From NCBI GenBank assembly GCA_017521005.1, contig JAFXEC010000052.1, positions 1-61,913 of the forward strand: 61,913 bases of DNA, read 5' to 3'. Each line of letters begins with the position of its first letter. The first letter of the stretch is position 1. Positions 19,885-30,979 of the stretch are shown here, piece after piece. A program made the translations under genes and the position numbers. The DNA comes from Clostridia bacterium. Its GTDB lineage: Bacteria; Bacillota; Clostridia; TANB77; CAG-465. The notes under the pieces are model-generated. The model ran no database searches. It was not told where the DNA came from and worked only from the letters and a program-made list of their open reading frames with translations.

Positions 19885-21150
19885 TTAGTCGTTTGTAATT
19901 TCGTATTCAATATTAGCACCAAGTGCTTTGAATTTATCTACGATATTTTCGTAACCACGTTCGATGTGGTGTATGTCATATATTTCTGTTGCGCCATGAG
20001 CAGTAAGACCTGCAATTATCATAGCAGCGCCAGCTCTTAAGTCCATTGCTTTAACTGGAGAACCATAAAGTTCTTTTACACCAGTAAACATTGCTGTTCT
20101 ATCATGGTAAGAGATAGTAGCACCCATTTTAACAAGTTCTGCAGTATATTGGAAACGAGATTCCCAAATACTTTCAACTATCATTGAACTTCCAGTTGCA
20201 AGTGTTAAATATGTACCAAATTGAGGTTGCATATCTGTAGGGAAGCCTGGGTATGGTAGAGTTTTAATGTTAATAGCTTTTGGAGCTTTGTTCATTCTAA
20301 CTCTAATACTATCTTCGTATTCTATAACTTCAGCGCCAGATTCTTCTAGTTTAGCTGAAATAGGTTCCATATGTTTTGGAATACAGTTTTTAATTAAAAC
20401 ATCGCCTTTTGTAGCAGCGGCAGCAACCATAAATGTACCAGCTTCAATTTGGTCTGGTATGATTGCATAACTAGATGTTTGTTTTAAGCTTTTTACACCT
20501 GTAACTTTAATAACATCTGTACCAGCACCTTTAATGTTAGCACCAACAGAGTTTAAGAAGTTAGCTACGTCAACTATATGTGGTTCTTTAGCACAGTTTT
20601 CTATTGTAGTTGTTCCAGGAACTAGAGTAGCTGCAAGTATTGCATTAATTGTTCCACCAACTGTAACAACATCAAAAAAGATAGAAGAAGCTTCTAATTT
20701 TTTAGAAGTAGCATAAACATTTCCTCTTTTAACTTCAACTTCTGCACCTAAAGTTTCGAATGCTTTAATATGTTGATCTATTGGTCTTGCACCAATGTTA
20801 CATCCACCTGGTAAGCTTATTTGTGCGTTACCAAAACGGCTAAGTAAAGCTCCAAGTAGGTAGTATGATGCTCTAAATTTGCTTGTTAAATCATATGGAG
20901 CTACTGTTGTATGTATGTCTGTATTATCTATTATCATTTCATGTTCAGATAAGTATTCTATTTTAGAACCTAAGCTTTCTAATATTTTTACAAAAGCACG
21001 TATATCTGAAATGTTTGGTACATTCTCTAAATGACATTTGCCAGCAACTAGTAACGTAGCTGGAAGTATTGCAACTGCTGCATTTTTTGCACCAGAAATT
21101 GTAACTTCACCTTCAAGGCGACAAGGCCCATTAACTATAATTTTTTCCAC
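19885..21150 (-). CDS. murA: UDP-N-acetylglucosamine 1-carboxyvinyltransferase
   Basis: Full-length EPSP-synthase-fold protein, SGAKNAAV start region, active-site loop PGGCNIGARPIDQH. Confidence 0.95.
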   Translation of the reverse strand: MEKIIVNGPCRLEGEVTISGAKNAAVAILPATLLVAGKCHLENVPNISDIRAFVKILESLGSKIEYLSEHEMIIDNTDIHTTVAPYDLTSKFRASYYLLGALLSRFGNAQISLPGGCNIGARPIDQHIKAFETLGAEVEVKRGNVYATSKKLEASSIFFDVVTVGGTINAILAATLVPGTTTIENCAKEPHIVDVANFLNSVGANIKGAGTDVIKVTGVKSLKQTSSYAIIPDQIEAGTFMVAAAATKGDVLIKNCIPKHMEPISAKLEESGAEVIEYEDSIRVRMNKAPKAINIKTLPYPGFPTDMQPQFGTYLTLATGSSMIVESIWESRFQYTAELVKMGATISYHDRTAMFTGVKELYGSPVKAMDLRAGAAMIIAGLTAHGATEIYDIHHIERGYENIVDKFKALGANIEYEITND

Positions 21151-21262
21151 TAAAAAATCCCCCTTAAAATATTTTTAGCAATATTTTTTATCTTCTGTCA
21201 AGGACAGTATAGCACAAAAGGAACTAAAATACAACCACTAAACAGAGTATATATATGTATAT

Positions 21263-21514
21263 TTATTGTGTATTTTCGCTAGGATTTTCCATAGTATCTA
21301 TTCTATCTTTAGATTCTCTTAAACACTTTTTGTTATTTGCAATTAAACATTTGCAACTGTTAGTAGCACTAGTTAAACAGTTTTCTACTTGAGCGATTGA
21401 AGAGAATATAGCAAGGTTAAAGCCACATACATAATGATTACAAGGCAGTCTAAAACGAGGATTTAGACAACACAGGAGTTTGTTTAGCAAGTTAGAGTTA
21501 TTAATGTTATTCAT
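21263..21514 (-). CDS. Small cysteine-rich hypothetical protein (83 aa, 8 Cys)
   Basis: ATG at 21514 after GGGGTG. CC...C..YVC...C...C.C....KC pattern; no signal peptide. Confidence 0.45.
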   Translation of the reverse strand: MNNINNSNLLNKLLCCLNPRFRLPCNHYVCGFNLAIFSSIAQVENCLTSATNSCKCLIANNKKCLRESKDRIDTMENPSENTQ

Positions 21515-21647
21515 AATACACCCCATAAAAACAGTTCTTGTATATTTTATGTAAGAGTGTCTTGAATTGTTAGATGTTCAAAATAAATTTCTTTTCTTTT
21601 TTATATCTTTGTGATACAATTTGCAACAAGAGAGGGTATATGTATAT

Positions 21648-23201
21648 ATGAAAAACGAAGATTTAGTCACGATAATAGTTCCTGTATACAATAGAGAAAA
21701 ATATATAAAAGAAACACTACAAAGTATTCTTAATCAAACATATACAAACTACGAGGTAATATTTGTAGATGATGCATCTACAGATGCTAGTATTAGTATA
21801 CTTGAAGAATACACAAAGAATAATGCTAAGTTCACACTAATTAAGCTTAGGAGAAATATGGGCGTCTCTTTTGCAAGAAATATTGGTATAAGAAAAGCAA
21901 GTGGACGTTATATTGCTTTTTTAGATTCAGATGATTTATGGCTTCCACATAGACTTGAAGAACAGATAAAATTCGCTAAAGAAAATAACTATGCTTTTAC
22001 ATATTCTGCGTTTAAGTATATTACAGATGATGGAAGCAAGATAAGCAAAAAGATAGAAGTCCCATTTGAGTTGGACTATGATACCGCGCTTCTAAATACT
22101 AGAATTCTAACAATAACAGCATTAATAGATTTACAAAAGATTCCTAAGTATTTGTGTTATATGCCCCGTTTCAAACATGAAGATATGGCTACTTGGTGGA
22201 AAATATTAAAAAATGGATACAGTGCTTATGGCTTAAATAAAACGCTTGCATATTGTAGAATAACAGAAAAATCAAGAAGTGGAAATAAGATTAAAAGTGC
22301 ATATTTTAGATGGAAGTTATATAGAAAGATGGAGAAACTAAACATCTTTAAGAGTATATATTGCTTTATGCATTATGTGTTTAATGCTGTGAAAAAACGT
22401 GGAGGAAAATACAGTGTTAGAAAAGATAATACGTTATCTGTAGCATTGTCTACAATGCATCTAAAAAACGATGAAGATGTAAATAACATTATTAATAAAA
22501 TGAAGATTACATCAGATTATTTAATAGTAAATCAAACGGATAAAGATAATATAAATATATCTAATGAAAATGTAGTTACAAGGTTCGAGAGAGGATTAAG
22601 TAAAAGTAGAAATACTGCATTAGATAGTTGTAAATCAGATGTAATTCTTTTTGCTGATGATGATGTTAAATATTTAGACAACTATTCTGAGATAGTATTA
22701 GATGCCTATTTAGAACATCCTAAAGCGGATATGATTTGCTTTTATGTAGAAAGTACAAATAACAAAAGAAAAACAAAGAGAATTAGAACAGGTAAGCTTG
22801 GATATATAAACGCTATGAAAATAATATCTGCAGAGATGAGTATAAAAAAAGCATCATTTGAGAGAGCTAAAATTAGATTTGACGAAGATTTTGGCATAGG
22901 GGCACCTAACAATAGGGGTGAAGAACAAATATTAATTTATGAGGCTTTAAGAAAGAATCTTAATGTAATATTTGTTAATAAAAAGATTGCAGATATTGAT
23001 CAAACAGAAAGTACATGGTTAAAAGATTACGATGAAAATTATTTCTATATACAGGGCAAGGTATATAAAAGATTAACAAAGAAGTGGTATTTGTTTTGGA
23101 TATTACAATATGTAATTAGAAAATATCCAATGTATAAAAAGAGTGTAAGTTTTAGACTTGCATTAAAAAATATGTTAAAAGGAGCAAAGGAGTATAAATA
23201 G
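21648..23201 (+). CDS. Two-domain family 2 glycosyltransferase
   Basis: ATG at 21648. First GT2 domain: IIVPVYN, VDDAS, LDSDD. Second GT-A-like domain with FADDDV. Confidence 0.85.
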   Translation: MKNEDLVTIIVPVYNREKYIKETLQSILNQTYTNYEVIFVDDASTDASISILEEYTKNNAKFTLIKLRRNMGVSFARNIGIRKASGRYIAFLDSDDLWLPHRLEEQIKFAKENNYAFTYSAFKYITDDGSKISKKIEVPFELDYDTALLNTRILTITALIDLQKIPKYLCYMPRFKHEDMATWWKILKNGYSAYGLNKTLAYCRITEKSRSGNKIKSAYFRWKLYRKMEKLNIFKSIYCFMHYVFNAVKKRGGKYSVRKDNTLSVALSTMHLKNDEDVNNIINKMKITSDYLIVNQTDKDNINISNENVVTRFERGLSKSRNTALDSCKSDVILFADDDVKYLDNYSEIVLDAYLEHPKADMICFYVESTNNKRKTKRIRTGKLGYINAMKIISAEMSIKKASFERAKIRFDEDFGIGAPNNRGEEQILIYEALRKNLNVIFVNKKIADIDQTESTWLKDYDENYFYIQGKVYKRLTKKWYLFWILQYVIRKYPMYKKSVSFRLALKNMLKGAKEYK

Positions 23202-24595
23202 TGGAAAAGGCTAGATTACTTAAAAGAGTAAATTCGTATTTTATATCTAATACATTAACAAAAGTTTTTTCCTTTTGTTTAGTGATTCTTTATGCCTTTT
23301 ACATATCTCCAGATAACTTTGGAGATTATGAATATGTTCAATCTTTAATAAATATAGTTGTCCCATTTTCTTTCTTAAGTATATGGGAAGCAATATTAAA
23401 GTTTGGATTAGATGAAAAAGTAAATAAGCAAAAAGTAATTGGTACAAGCGCAATATTTACATTAGGTATGGCTGTTATACTTACTATAGTATGCATAACA
23501 TATTTTTGTTTTAATAATTCTGGTATTTTAATACCAACCTTTGTAACTTTAACATTCGTGATAGATGGTATTAGAATAATGTGGCAACATTATCTAAAGA
23601 TACTTAACAAATATGATGTGTATGTTAAATCTAGCGTAATTGGAAATGTAGTAAGTATAGCTTCAGTGGTTATTATGGTTGTATGCTTTAGATTACAACT
23701 TGTTGCTTTGTTTGTTTCTAGCTTACTTGGAACAATTACAAGTATATGTATAATAGAGTTTAAGGAACATATTTTAGCGTATATTAAGAAAAACAATATA
23801 GATTTATCTATGTTAAATAACATGATTAAATATTCTATGCCGCTTGTTATAGCTGCTATTTTAACATGGGGAATAACTGGACTTAGTAAGTTTGTTATAC
23901 AAAATTATATAAGTGATGAAGCAAATGGAATATATTCTTTTGCACATAAATTTACAATAATTATAACATTTATATCTACGATATTAGGTGCGGCAATAGC
24001 AGAAGAAATGTTAACTTTTTCAAAAGATAAATTCAATAAAGAGTTTGCTAATGTAACAAATAAACTTACAAATGGTTATATAACTTTAGGAATAATTGCG
24101 ATGCCGTTAATAATGATAGTGTATAAAATAATAGAGAAAACAAAGTATTATGAGTCTAAGAAATATGTACCATTACTTATTTTGTATTTTATATTTTTAA
24201 CACTTGTAAATCATATTTCTATCGTATTTAAGAAATATAGCAAGAATAAATATAGCCTACTTGCAACATTAATTGGAGTAGTAGTTACAATAATGGTAAT
24301 GTTTTTAAGTATTAGAAGAGTTGGGGTATTAGGAGTAGTTTTAGCACAATTTTCAGGAGCATTAACAATGTTAATAACTAGCTTAATATTTGCAAGAAAA
24401 TACGTTAAAGTAAGGATAAATAATGTTAAAACAGTATTGCTGTTGTTAGCATATATATTGTTTAGTACAGCTACATTAATGGTAAATTGGTATCTATCAA
24501 TAGCATTATTCCTATTTACAATTTTTGTGTTTAAGGATAATATATTAGATATATTTAAAGAGTATAAAGGAAGAAAAAATGAAGAAAGTATATAA
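23201..24595 (+). CDS. Wzx-type oligosaccharide flippase (MOP superfamily)
   Basis: About 12-14 TM helices. GTG start overlaps the GT2 stop. Typical position in a glycan locus. Confidence 0.75.
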   Translation: MEKARLLKRVNSYFISNTLTKVFSFCLVILYAFYISPDNFGDYEYVQSLINIVVPFSFLSIWEAILKFGLDEKVNKQKVIGTSAIFTLGMAVILTIVCITYFCFNNSGILIPTFVTLTFVIDGIRIMWQHYLKILNKYDVYVKSSVIGNVVSIASVVIMVVCFRLQLVALFVSSLLGTITSICIIEFKEHILAYIKKNNIDLSMLNNMIKYSMPLVIAAILTWGITGLSKFVIQNYISDEANGIYSFAHKFTIIITFISTILGAAIAEEMLTFSKDKFNKEFANVTNKLTNGYITLGIIAMPLIMIVYKIIEKTKYYESKKYVPLLILYFIFLTLVNHISIVFKKYSKNKYSLLATLIGVVVTIMVMFLSIRRVGVLGVVLAQFSGALTMLITSLIFARKYVKVRINNVKTVLLLLAYILFSTATLMVNWYLSIALFLFTIFVFKDNILDIFKEYKGRKNEESI

Positions 24596-25202
24596 AGTAA
24601 TAAAGAGGGTACTAGATATATTAATATCTTTAATTGGAATAATATTGTTATTACCAATATTTCTTTTGATAGCACTTGTAATAAAATTAGATTCTAAAGG
24701 AAAAGTTTTTTATTTACAAGAACGTATAAAGAAGGATGGTAAAAAGTTTAACATAATTAAATTTAGAACAATGGTACATGATGCAGATAAAAGACTAGAA
24801 GAATTTTCTAAAGAACAATTAGAAGAATACAAGATAAATTACAAACTTAATAACGATCCAAGAATAACTAAAGTTGGGAAGTTTTTAAGAAAAAGTGGAT
24901 TAGATGAACTCCCACAACTAGTAAATGTATTAAAAGGGGATTTATCTTTAATAGGGCCAAGGCCGGTTGTTTTAGATGAAGTTGAAAGATATAAAGAAAA
25001 TAAGGATGAGGTACTTAGTGTAAGACCAGGTATAACTGGATATTGGTGTGCGTTTTCTGATGAAAATACAACATATGAAGAACGTATGAAAATGGAATTA
25101 TATTATGTAGAAAACATTTCATTAGGATTAGATATAAAAATAGTTTTTAGGACTATATCTGTAATCTTTTTAAGAATTATAAATAAGAGAAAAGTTAATT
25201 AA
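24579..25202 (+). CDS. Undecaprenyl-phosphate sugar phosphotransferase (bacterial sugar transferase family, priming enzyme)
   Basis: Single N-terminal TM helix, KFRTM, DELPQLVNVLKGDLSLIGPRP. Confidence 0.9.
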   Translation: MKKVYKVIKRVLDILISLIGIILLLPIFLLIALVIKLDSKGKVFYLQERIKKDGKKFNIIKFRTMVHDADKRLEEFSKEQLEEYKINYKLNNDPRITKVGKFLRKSGLDELPQLVNVLKGDLSLIGPRPVVLDEVERYKENKDEVLSVRPGITGYWCAFSDENTTYEERMKMELYYVENISLGLDIKIVFRTISVIFLRIINKRKVN

Positions 25203-25261
25203 AAATGTTGAATAAAAAATAAAAATATAATAATATTTATATATAAATTAAGGAGGAACAA

Positions 25262-26497
25262 ATGAAAAAGAGACAAGGTATATCATTAATAGTGTTGGTT
25301 ATAACAATAATTGTTATGATAATACTAGCATCTGCGGTAGTAGTAACACTTAGTAATGCTAATATTATAGATAGAGCAGGTGATGCAGTAGATAAAACTA
25401 ATATAAAACAAGTAGAGCAAATAGCTTCGATTGCGTGGTCGGAAGCGTTTTTGGAAAAATATAGAGGAGCAGATTTAAGAGATAAGGTTTATGAAACACT
25501 AAGAGAAGGCGGTGTAAATCCTTATGATTATAATATTACAGTTACAGATAAAGGTGTAACGGTAATAGATAAGGAAAAAGCAGGAACATTACTTGTAGGA
25601 CCATGGGAACTAAAAATTACTAAAACTTCAGGAAAGGTTACTAAAGCTGTTGTAACAAACGGCGTGGTAGAACTAAATGTAGGTGCTACTATAGATTATA
25701 TGCCTGGCGGAGTTGGAGATACAAATTATGTTGCTGGGTGGAAGATTTTAGGCGCTGATTCAAGTGGTAGATTACTTATATTGTCGAATGAAGGTGTTAC
25801 AGCGGAAAAAGTTGAACTATATATAAGAGATGGTTGGGTAAATGCTGAGACAATTCTTGATGGAGCGGCAGCAACTTATGCAGATGGCGTTATGGGTATT
25901 AATTCTAGAAGTATAAAAGTAGAAGATATAGATGCTTTAACTGGATATGATAAAACAACATTTAATGTTGGATTAATAAATGAATACAATACAACTGTAA
26001 CGATAGAATGGGATGGATCAGACTATCCTAAATATACAAATGGTAGCGTAACTGGTAATTTCAGTCGTTCGCATAAAGATAGCGGCTTTAGATATTATGA
26101 TATGGCAACCTCTTCATGGAAGACATCATATTTTACAACAACACCTACTGAAATAACTAAAATAACAAACGATTATTATGGTTATGTTGGAGCGGATTAT
26201 ATGGATACAACATTGCCTGCGTATAATATGATATTCCAAAGCAGGTCAGCGCCGTATAATACGGTTGAAACATATTGGCTAAATTCTAAGTTTATAAATG
26301 TATGTACAGATCATGTTAGATTTGGTATTAGAAGTTTAAGAAATGGTGAAGTTTTTGATGATGATGTGTATATTTCATGGCACTATGGGAACTCACCAGA
26401 TTATGAAGTAAGAGCAGTAGTTACACTAGCGGATAATGTAATATTAAGTGAAAGCCAAAAGAATCCGGGAACATATAATATATATGTCAATAATTAA
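25262..26497 (+). CDS. Pilin-like-handle protein A (unknown beta-rich C-terminal domain)
   Basis: N terminus MKKRQG-ISLIVLVITIIVMIILASAVVVTLSN, shared with ORFs at 29029, 30980 and 42803. RBS AAGGAGG. Confidence 0.7.
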   Translation: MKKRQGISLIVLVITIIVMIILASAVVVTLSNANIIDRAGDAVDKTNIKQVEQIASIAWSEAFLEKYRGADLRDKVYETLREGGVNPYDYNITVTDKGVTVIDKEKAGTLLVGPWELKITKTSGKVTKAVVTNGVVELNVGATIDYMPGGVGDTNYVAGWKILGADSSGRLLILSNEGVTAEKVELYIRDGWVNAETILDGAAATYADGVMGINSRSIKVEDIDALTGYDKTTFNVGLINEYNTTVTIEWDGSDYPKYTNGSVTGNFSRSHKDSGFRYYDMATSSWKTSYFTTTPTEITKITNDYYGYVGADYMDTTLPAYNMIFQSRSAPYNTVETYWLNSKFINVCTDHVRFGIRSLRNGEVFDDDVYISWHYGNSPDYEVRAVVTLADNVILSESQKNPGTYNIYVNN

Positions 26498-26629
26498 ATA
26501 TTAAGAATAAAAAGGATGATGATAAATAATGATGTGAACCTTTGTTAGGAGACATTAAATAATTCATGATCCTTTTTTTATTAAATAATATAGTATATAA
26601 TAATGAAAGAAATGAGAGGGAAAACATAT

Positions 26630-28984
26630 ATGTTAAAGAATGTGGTAAACAAAGGGTTAGAATATATATCTATATTAATTCTTCTAATATCGTTTCTTTT
26701 AGTGGGAACACCGCTTAAAGAAAATACACTGGTGTTTAGTATGTTTATAATAGGCATAGGAATAATATTTGGAATATATAAAACAATAAAAAAAGATAGG
26801 CTATTTACAAACAAAATAGATATATTTGTTTTGTTATTTTATTTAACTCCATTAATACCGATTTTGTTTAATTCATATGCCAATTTAGAAGATACATTAA
26901 TAGCATTAACAAAAAACATAGCGCTATTTAATATATATTTAATGTTGAAAGAGAGATTAAGTGTTGATGATGGTGGAAAAGAAAAGATAATAAATGTGTT
27001 GCTAATAGGACTTTTAATATTATCTTTCTTTGGCTTTGATGAAATGTTAGGTAGAACCGTATATAGATATATGAAGCATATTGGAATACCTAATGTAGTA
27101 AATTATGAAGCAAGGATGTTTTCGTTGTTATGCTATGCAAATACATTTGCGGTTATTATGGCAATAGGGATGTTTTTAGTTTTATATAAATTAAATAAGA
27201 TTAGTAATATAGATAATAACAACAATAAAAAGGTAAATAAGAAAGAAATAATGTGGTACATATATGCTGGGATAATGTATGTATTTGTATTATCTTTAAT
27301 TATGACATACTCAAGAAGCGTCTGGATTATTACAGCTTTAGTGTTTGGCATATGTTTTTTGTTTAATAAGGATAGAGTATATAATGTGTGTGTGTTGTTG
27401 ATAAACGTTATATTATCTTTAATAGGAATAAAATTCTTAAACTTGTTTATAACAGAAAAATTATACATATTTGCATGGCTTAATATAATAGGTTTTGCGG
27501 GAGTTAGCGCGATTGCAACGAATCTTCTTAACAAGATAAAAAATAAATTGGTAAATATAAAATTAACAACATGTATATGTTTAATGGTTGGTCTTGTAGT
27601 AGTTATCCTTTTAGCATATATAGTTGGACTAAAATTAATAACACCACTTAATATATTTGCAGATGGTAAAAGTAGCGAAGAAGTAAGATATAAGTTATAT
27701 AACATACAGCCTAATACGGATTATACATTTTCTTTAGATATAGACGCAAAAACATTAAGGAATATGGATGGAATATATACTGTAGAAATAACTGAAGAAA
27801 ATAAATATTATGATACTATAGCTACACATAACATAGCCTTTAGTACATTTAAAGGGAACAAAGAAATTAAGTTTAAGACAAAAGATAGTACGGTAGCTAT
27901 GGTAATATTCTTTAAGAGCAATAATAAATATTTACAAGATGGTTTGAGAATAAATAGTGTAAATATAAATGGAAAAACAAAAGGATTAAGTTATGCATAT
28001 TTACCAATAAATTTAGTAGAAAAAATAGAAAGTTTCACATTAAACAATAAAAGTTTGTGGGAGAGATTTGTATACCATAAAGATGCATTAAAGATAATAA
28101 AAAGTAGTCCTTTAACAGGTAATGGAGCAAATGGTTGGAAATATAATTATGCTAACGTACAAGAATATATGTACGGTGCATCAGAACCTCATAGTCACAT
28201 ATTACAATTAATAATAGATAATGGTATAACTTCAGGAATACTTTTAATAACTCTTATAGGTTATGTAGTATTTGTAATTGCTAAGAAAAAACATTTTAAT
28301 TTATTAGATGCGGCGTTTATATTACTTAATATACATTCAATAGTAGATTTTAATATGTCTTTCTTTGTAGTAAATGTTGTTTGGATAATAATGTTTGGTT
28401 TAATAATTTGTAACACCGAAGAAAATGAAAAGAAAATCAAAACAACAAATTTAACAAACAAATTAAATCTAGTTATAAATATATCTTGTACAGTAATAAG
28501 TGTTTTGGTTATATTACTAGGCATAAGTACATATGCACTAATAGATGAAAAAGATGAAATAGTGGATATAAGTAATGAGTATATTAAACAAGAAAAATAT
28601 AATGAGGCTTTAGTAAAAATAAGTGAGTTAGAAGATGATGGCAAATACAGAGGATGTATTTATGATGTAATATATAATTTGGATTATGCAAAATTAAATA
28701 GTAAAAGTTTAGAATATATATATAACATCATTTCAAAAGAGAAGCTAACTGTAAATACAGAGTTCACTATGATGTTAAATAGAATTGTAGACAATATATT
28801 AAAGAATATAGAAAATGATGAGTACATAAATAAATTTGCAAAGTATATAGTTAATAATAATGAAAAGGTTGTTTTATGTATAAAAAATAAAGATGCAAAT
28901 AGAATGGAAGAAATGTACATTAATATGCTTCTTGAAGAACAAAAAAATATGTATGAATATTCAAAAAATGTATTGCCAAAATAA
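26630..28984 (+). CDS. Wzy_C / O-antigen-ligase-family polytopic membrane protein with inserted extracytoplasmic domain and C-terminal helical extension
   Basis: ORF 26603..28984; ATG at 26630 after GAGAGGG, alternatives at 26603 and 26612. More than 10 TM helices. TYSRSVW and EPHSHILQLIIDNGI resemble the conserved Arg and His motifs of WaaL/PglL-type enzymes. Confidence 0.65.
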   Translation: MLKNVVNKGLEYISILILLISFLLVGTPLKENTLVFSMFIIGIGIIFGIYKTIKKDRLFTNKIDIFVLLFYLTPLIPILFNSYANLEDTLIALTKNIALFNIYLMLKERLSVDDGGKEKIINVLLIGLLILSFFGFDEMLGRTVYRYMKHIGIPNVVNYEARMFSLLCYANTFAVIMAIGMFLVLYKLNKISNIDNNNNKKVNKKEIMWYIYAGIMYVFVLSLIMTYSRSVWIITALVFGICFLFNKDRVYNVCVLLINVILSLIGIKFLNLFITEKLYIFAWLNIIGFAGVSAIATNLLNKIKNKLVNIKLTTCICLMVGLVVVILLAYIVGLKLITPLNIFADGKSSEEVRYKLYNIQPNTDYTFSLDIDAKTLRNMDGIYTVEITEENKYYDTIATHNIAFSTFKGNKEIKFKTKDSTVAMVIFFKSNNKYLQDGLRINSVNINGKTKGLSYAYLPINLVEKIESFTLNNKSLWERFVYHKDALKIIKSSPLTGNGANGWKYNYANVQEYMYGASEPHSHILQLIIDNGITSGILLITLIGYVVFVIAKKKHFNLLDAAFILLNIHSIVDFNMSFFVVNVVWIIMFGLIICNTEENEKKIKTTNLTNKLNLVINISCTVISVLVILLGISTYALIDEKDEIVDISNEYIKQEKYNEALVKISELEDDGKYRGCIYDVIYNLDYAKLNSKSLEYIYNIISKEKLTVNTEFTMMLNRIVDNILKNIENDEYINKFAKYIVNNNEKVVLCIKNKDANRMEEMYINMLLEEQKNMYEYSKNVLPK

Positions 28985-29028
28985 AAAATATATTATAACA
29001 TTTTGTATATAAATATGGAGGAAAACGA

Positions 29029-30861
29029 ATGAAAAATAACAAAAAAGGTATATCGTTAATAGTATTAGTAATTACAATAATAGTTATGATAATATTGGCA
29101 GCAAGTGTTGTAATAACGTTAAGTAATACTGGAATAATAGGAAAGGCATCGGAGGCAACAACGATGACAGATTTGAAATCGTTACAACAAGAAGCAGATG
29201 TTGTAAAAGCGTTAGAGTTAGGAAATATATACACTGGCTCTGATAGAAATTTAAGATTAACTAAAGCACTGTTACTAGAAAGACTACATCAACATTTTAA
29301 AGGCAGTACTAAAAATGGAGATAGAATAATAACAGCAGATGGAAAATATGTAATTATAGTTGGAGATGACTTATCTATAACCATAGGTGTTAATGAACCA
29401 GGCAAGAAAAACGAGTTAACACTAGCTATAACATATAATTCGCCAGTTACATCTATACCATATAAAGTATATGTTACACCAACACTTGAGGGATGGAAAA
29501 GAGAAGATGCAGCAACAGGTGAAACATATTCAAGTTATGAAGAATATGCAGAAGCGATTTTAGCAACTGTAAAATCCGAATCAGAACTTGAACAATTATT
29601 TGTAGAAGGAAACAATTATTGGAATGCGGAGTATGGTGGTATGGAACCAATGTATCAAAACATAAATCAATTGGTTGCAACATGGAGTTTAATCTATGAT
29701 AGTGGCGCTTATACTACTTTGGATGGTATGATTGAACATTATGGTTTTGAAAGCTTGGGAGATTTAGCTTTGTCTTTAGAGTTGATTAAACCAGAAGGGT
29801 ATTACGGAAAAGGTTATATAGAATTTGCTGAAAATGAATTAAAAAATACTACAAAAACATATGAAGAAATATATATGGAAGGTCGTATATATTTAGCAGA
29901 GACAGAAGAATGGGGTAATTTAACAGACCTTAAGAACGCTAGTACTTTTGCAGAGTTTGTAGAAAGTGACATGGGAATTCCAAACATAAATAATATGGAT
30001 CAACTTCTTGCAGACTATAAGGCGGCTTATCAAGCAAATTATATGACAAAAGAGAATTTATTAATAGTAATGAAAGCGGTTGAACCTAAAAAGTATAGTG
30101 ATATATCAGAATTGCAAGATGGAGAAGTTTTAGTCAAAGGTCCAAGTGGAAAAACTGTAATAGCTATGTCTGGAGAAACGGTTGAAATTACTATGATAAG
30201 TGTAAACGAAACTACATTTGAAGCGGTTGCGTTTAACGGAAAAACAACTAAAAAGACATTTAACCCTGAATCAAATATTGCACCACAAAATTATACAGCG
30301 CTAGATACAAAATTCTTTGAGTTTGAATATGATTCAACAACAATGACAGCGACATTAAAGAAGATAAAAGATTCATATCAAGAAGTTGGATATTACGAGC
30401 ATATTAGCTTGCCAGCACCATATACATATCCTAAATCTATAATAGATGATAATGGAACAAAAATTACAGATATAATAATACCGTCAAAAGTGGTAAATCC
30501 AGCAGATAATAAAGAATATACTATAACAGCAATAGCAAGCTACGCATTTTCAGTGCCATCTAACGTAACAGGAAGCACACAACCAAGCTTTACAAGTTTA
30601 ATATTACCTGAAACAATAACAACAATAGGAGATTATGCATTCTTCTGTTGGAATAAAGCTACTAAATTGGTATTACCAAAGAGTTTAACTACAGTAGGAT
30701 ATCAAACATTTAGTTATTGGAATGAATTAGACGTAATAAGTTATTCAGGAACACAAGCACAATATTCGAATATATTATTTGAGCCTCAATGGTCACTTGA
30801 AGGAAAAGAATTTGAACAAAAATTAGTAATATGCGATACTATATATTCAATAGCAGATTAG
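29029..30861 (+). CDS. Pilin-like-handle protein B with C-terminal BspA-type leucine-rich repeats
   Basis: N terminus MKNNKKG-ISLIVLVITIIVMIILAASVVITLSNTGII. C terminus has ITAIASYAF, ITTIGDYAFFC and LTTVGYQTF repeats. Confidence 0.75.
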   Translation: MKNNKKGISLIVLVITIIVMIILAASVVITLSNTGIIGKASEATTMTDLKSLQQEADVVKALELGNIYTGSDRNLRLTKALLLERLHQHFKGSTKNGDRIITADGKYVIIVGDDLSITIGVNEPGKKNELTLAITYNSPVTSIPYKVYVTPTLEGWKREDAATGETYSSYEEYAEAILATVKSESELEQLFVEGNNYWNAEYGGMEPMYQNINQLVATWSLIYDSGAYTTLDGMIEHYGFESLGDLALSLELIKPEGYYGKGYIEFAENELKNTTKTYEEIYMEGRIYLAETEEWGNLTDLKNASTFAEFVESDMGIPNINNMDQLLADYKAAYQANYMTKENLLIVMKAVEPKKYSDISELQDGEVLVKGPSGKTVIAMSGETVEITMISVNETTFEAVAFNGKTTKKTFNPESNIAPQNYTALDTKFFEFEYDSTTMTATLKKIKDSYQEVGYYEHISLPAPYTYPKSIIDDNGTKITDIIIPSKVVNPADNKEYTITAIASYAFSVPSNVTGSTQPSFTSLILPETITTIGDYAFFCWNKATKLVLPKSLTTVGYQTFSYWNELDVISYSGTQAQYSNILFEPQWSLEGKEFEQKLVICDTIYSIAD

Positions 30862-30876
30862 AATAAAATATAGAAT

Positions 30877-30911
30877 AGGATATAACAGCGAATGTTATAT
30901 CCTAATTTTTT
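30877..30911 (+). terminator. Rho-independent terminator
   Basis: ggatataac-agcgaat-gttatatcc followed by taatttttt. Confidence 0.7.
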
Positions 30912-30979
30912 ATATAAATATTGAAAAAATAAAAAATATATTATAGTATATATTTATAAAAATATAAGGGGGAAAACAA

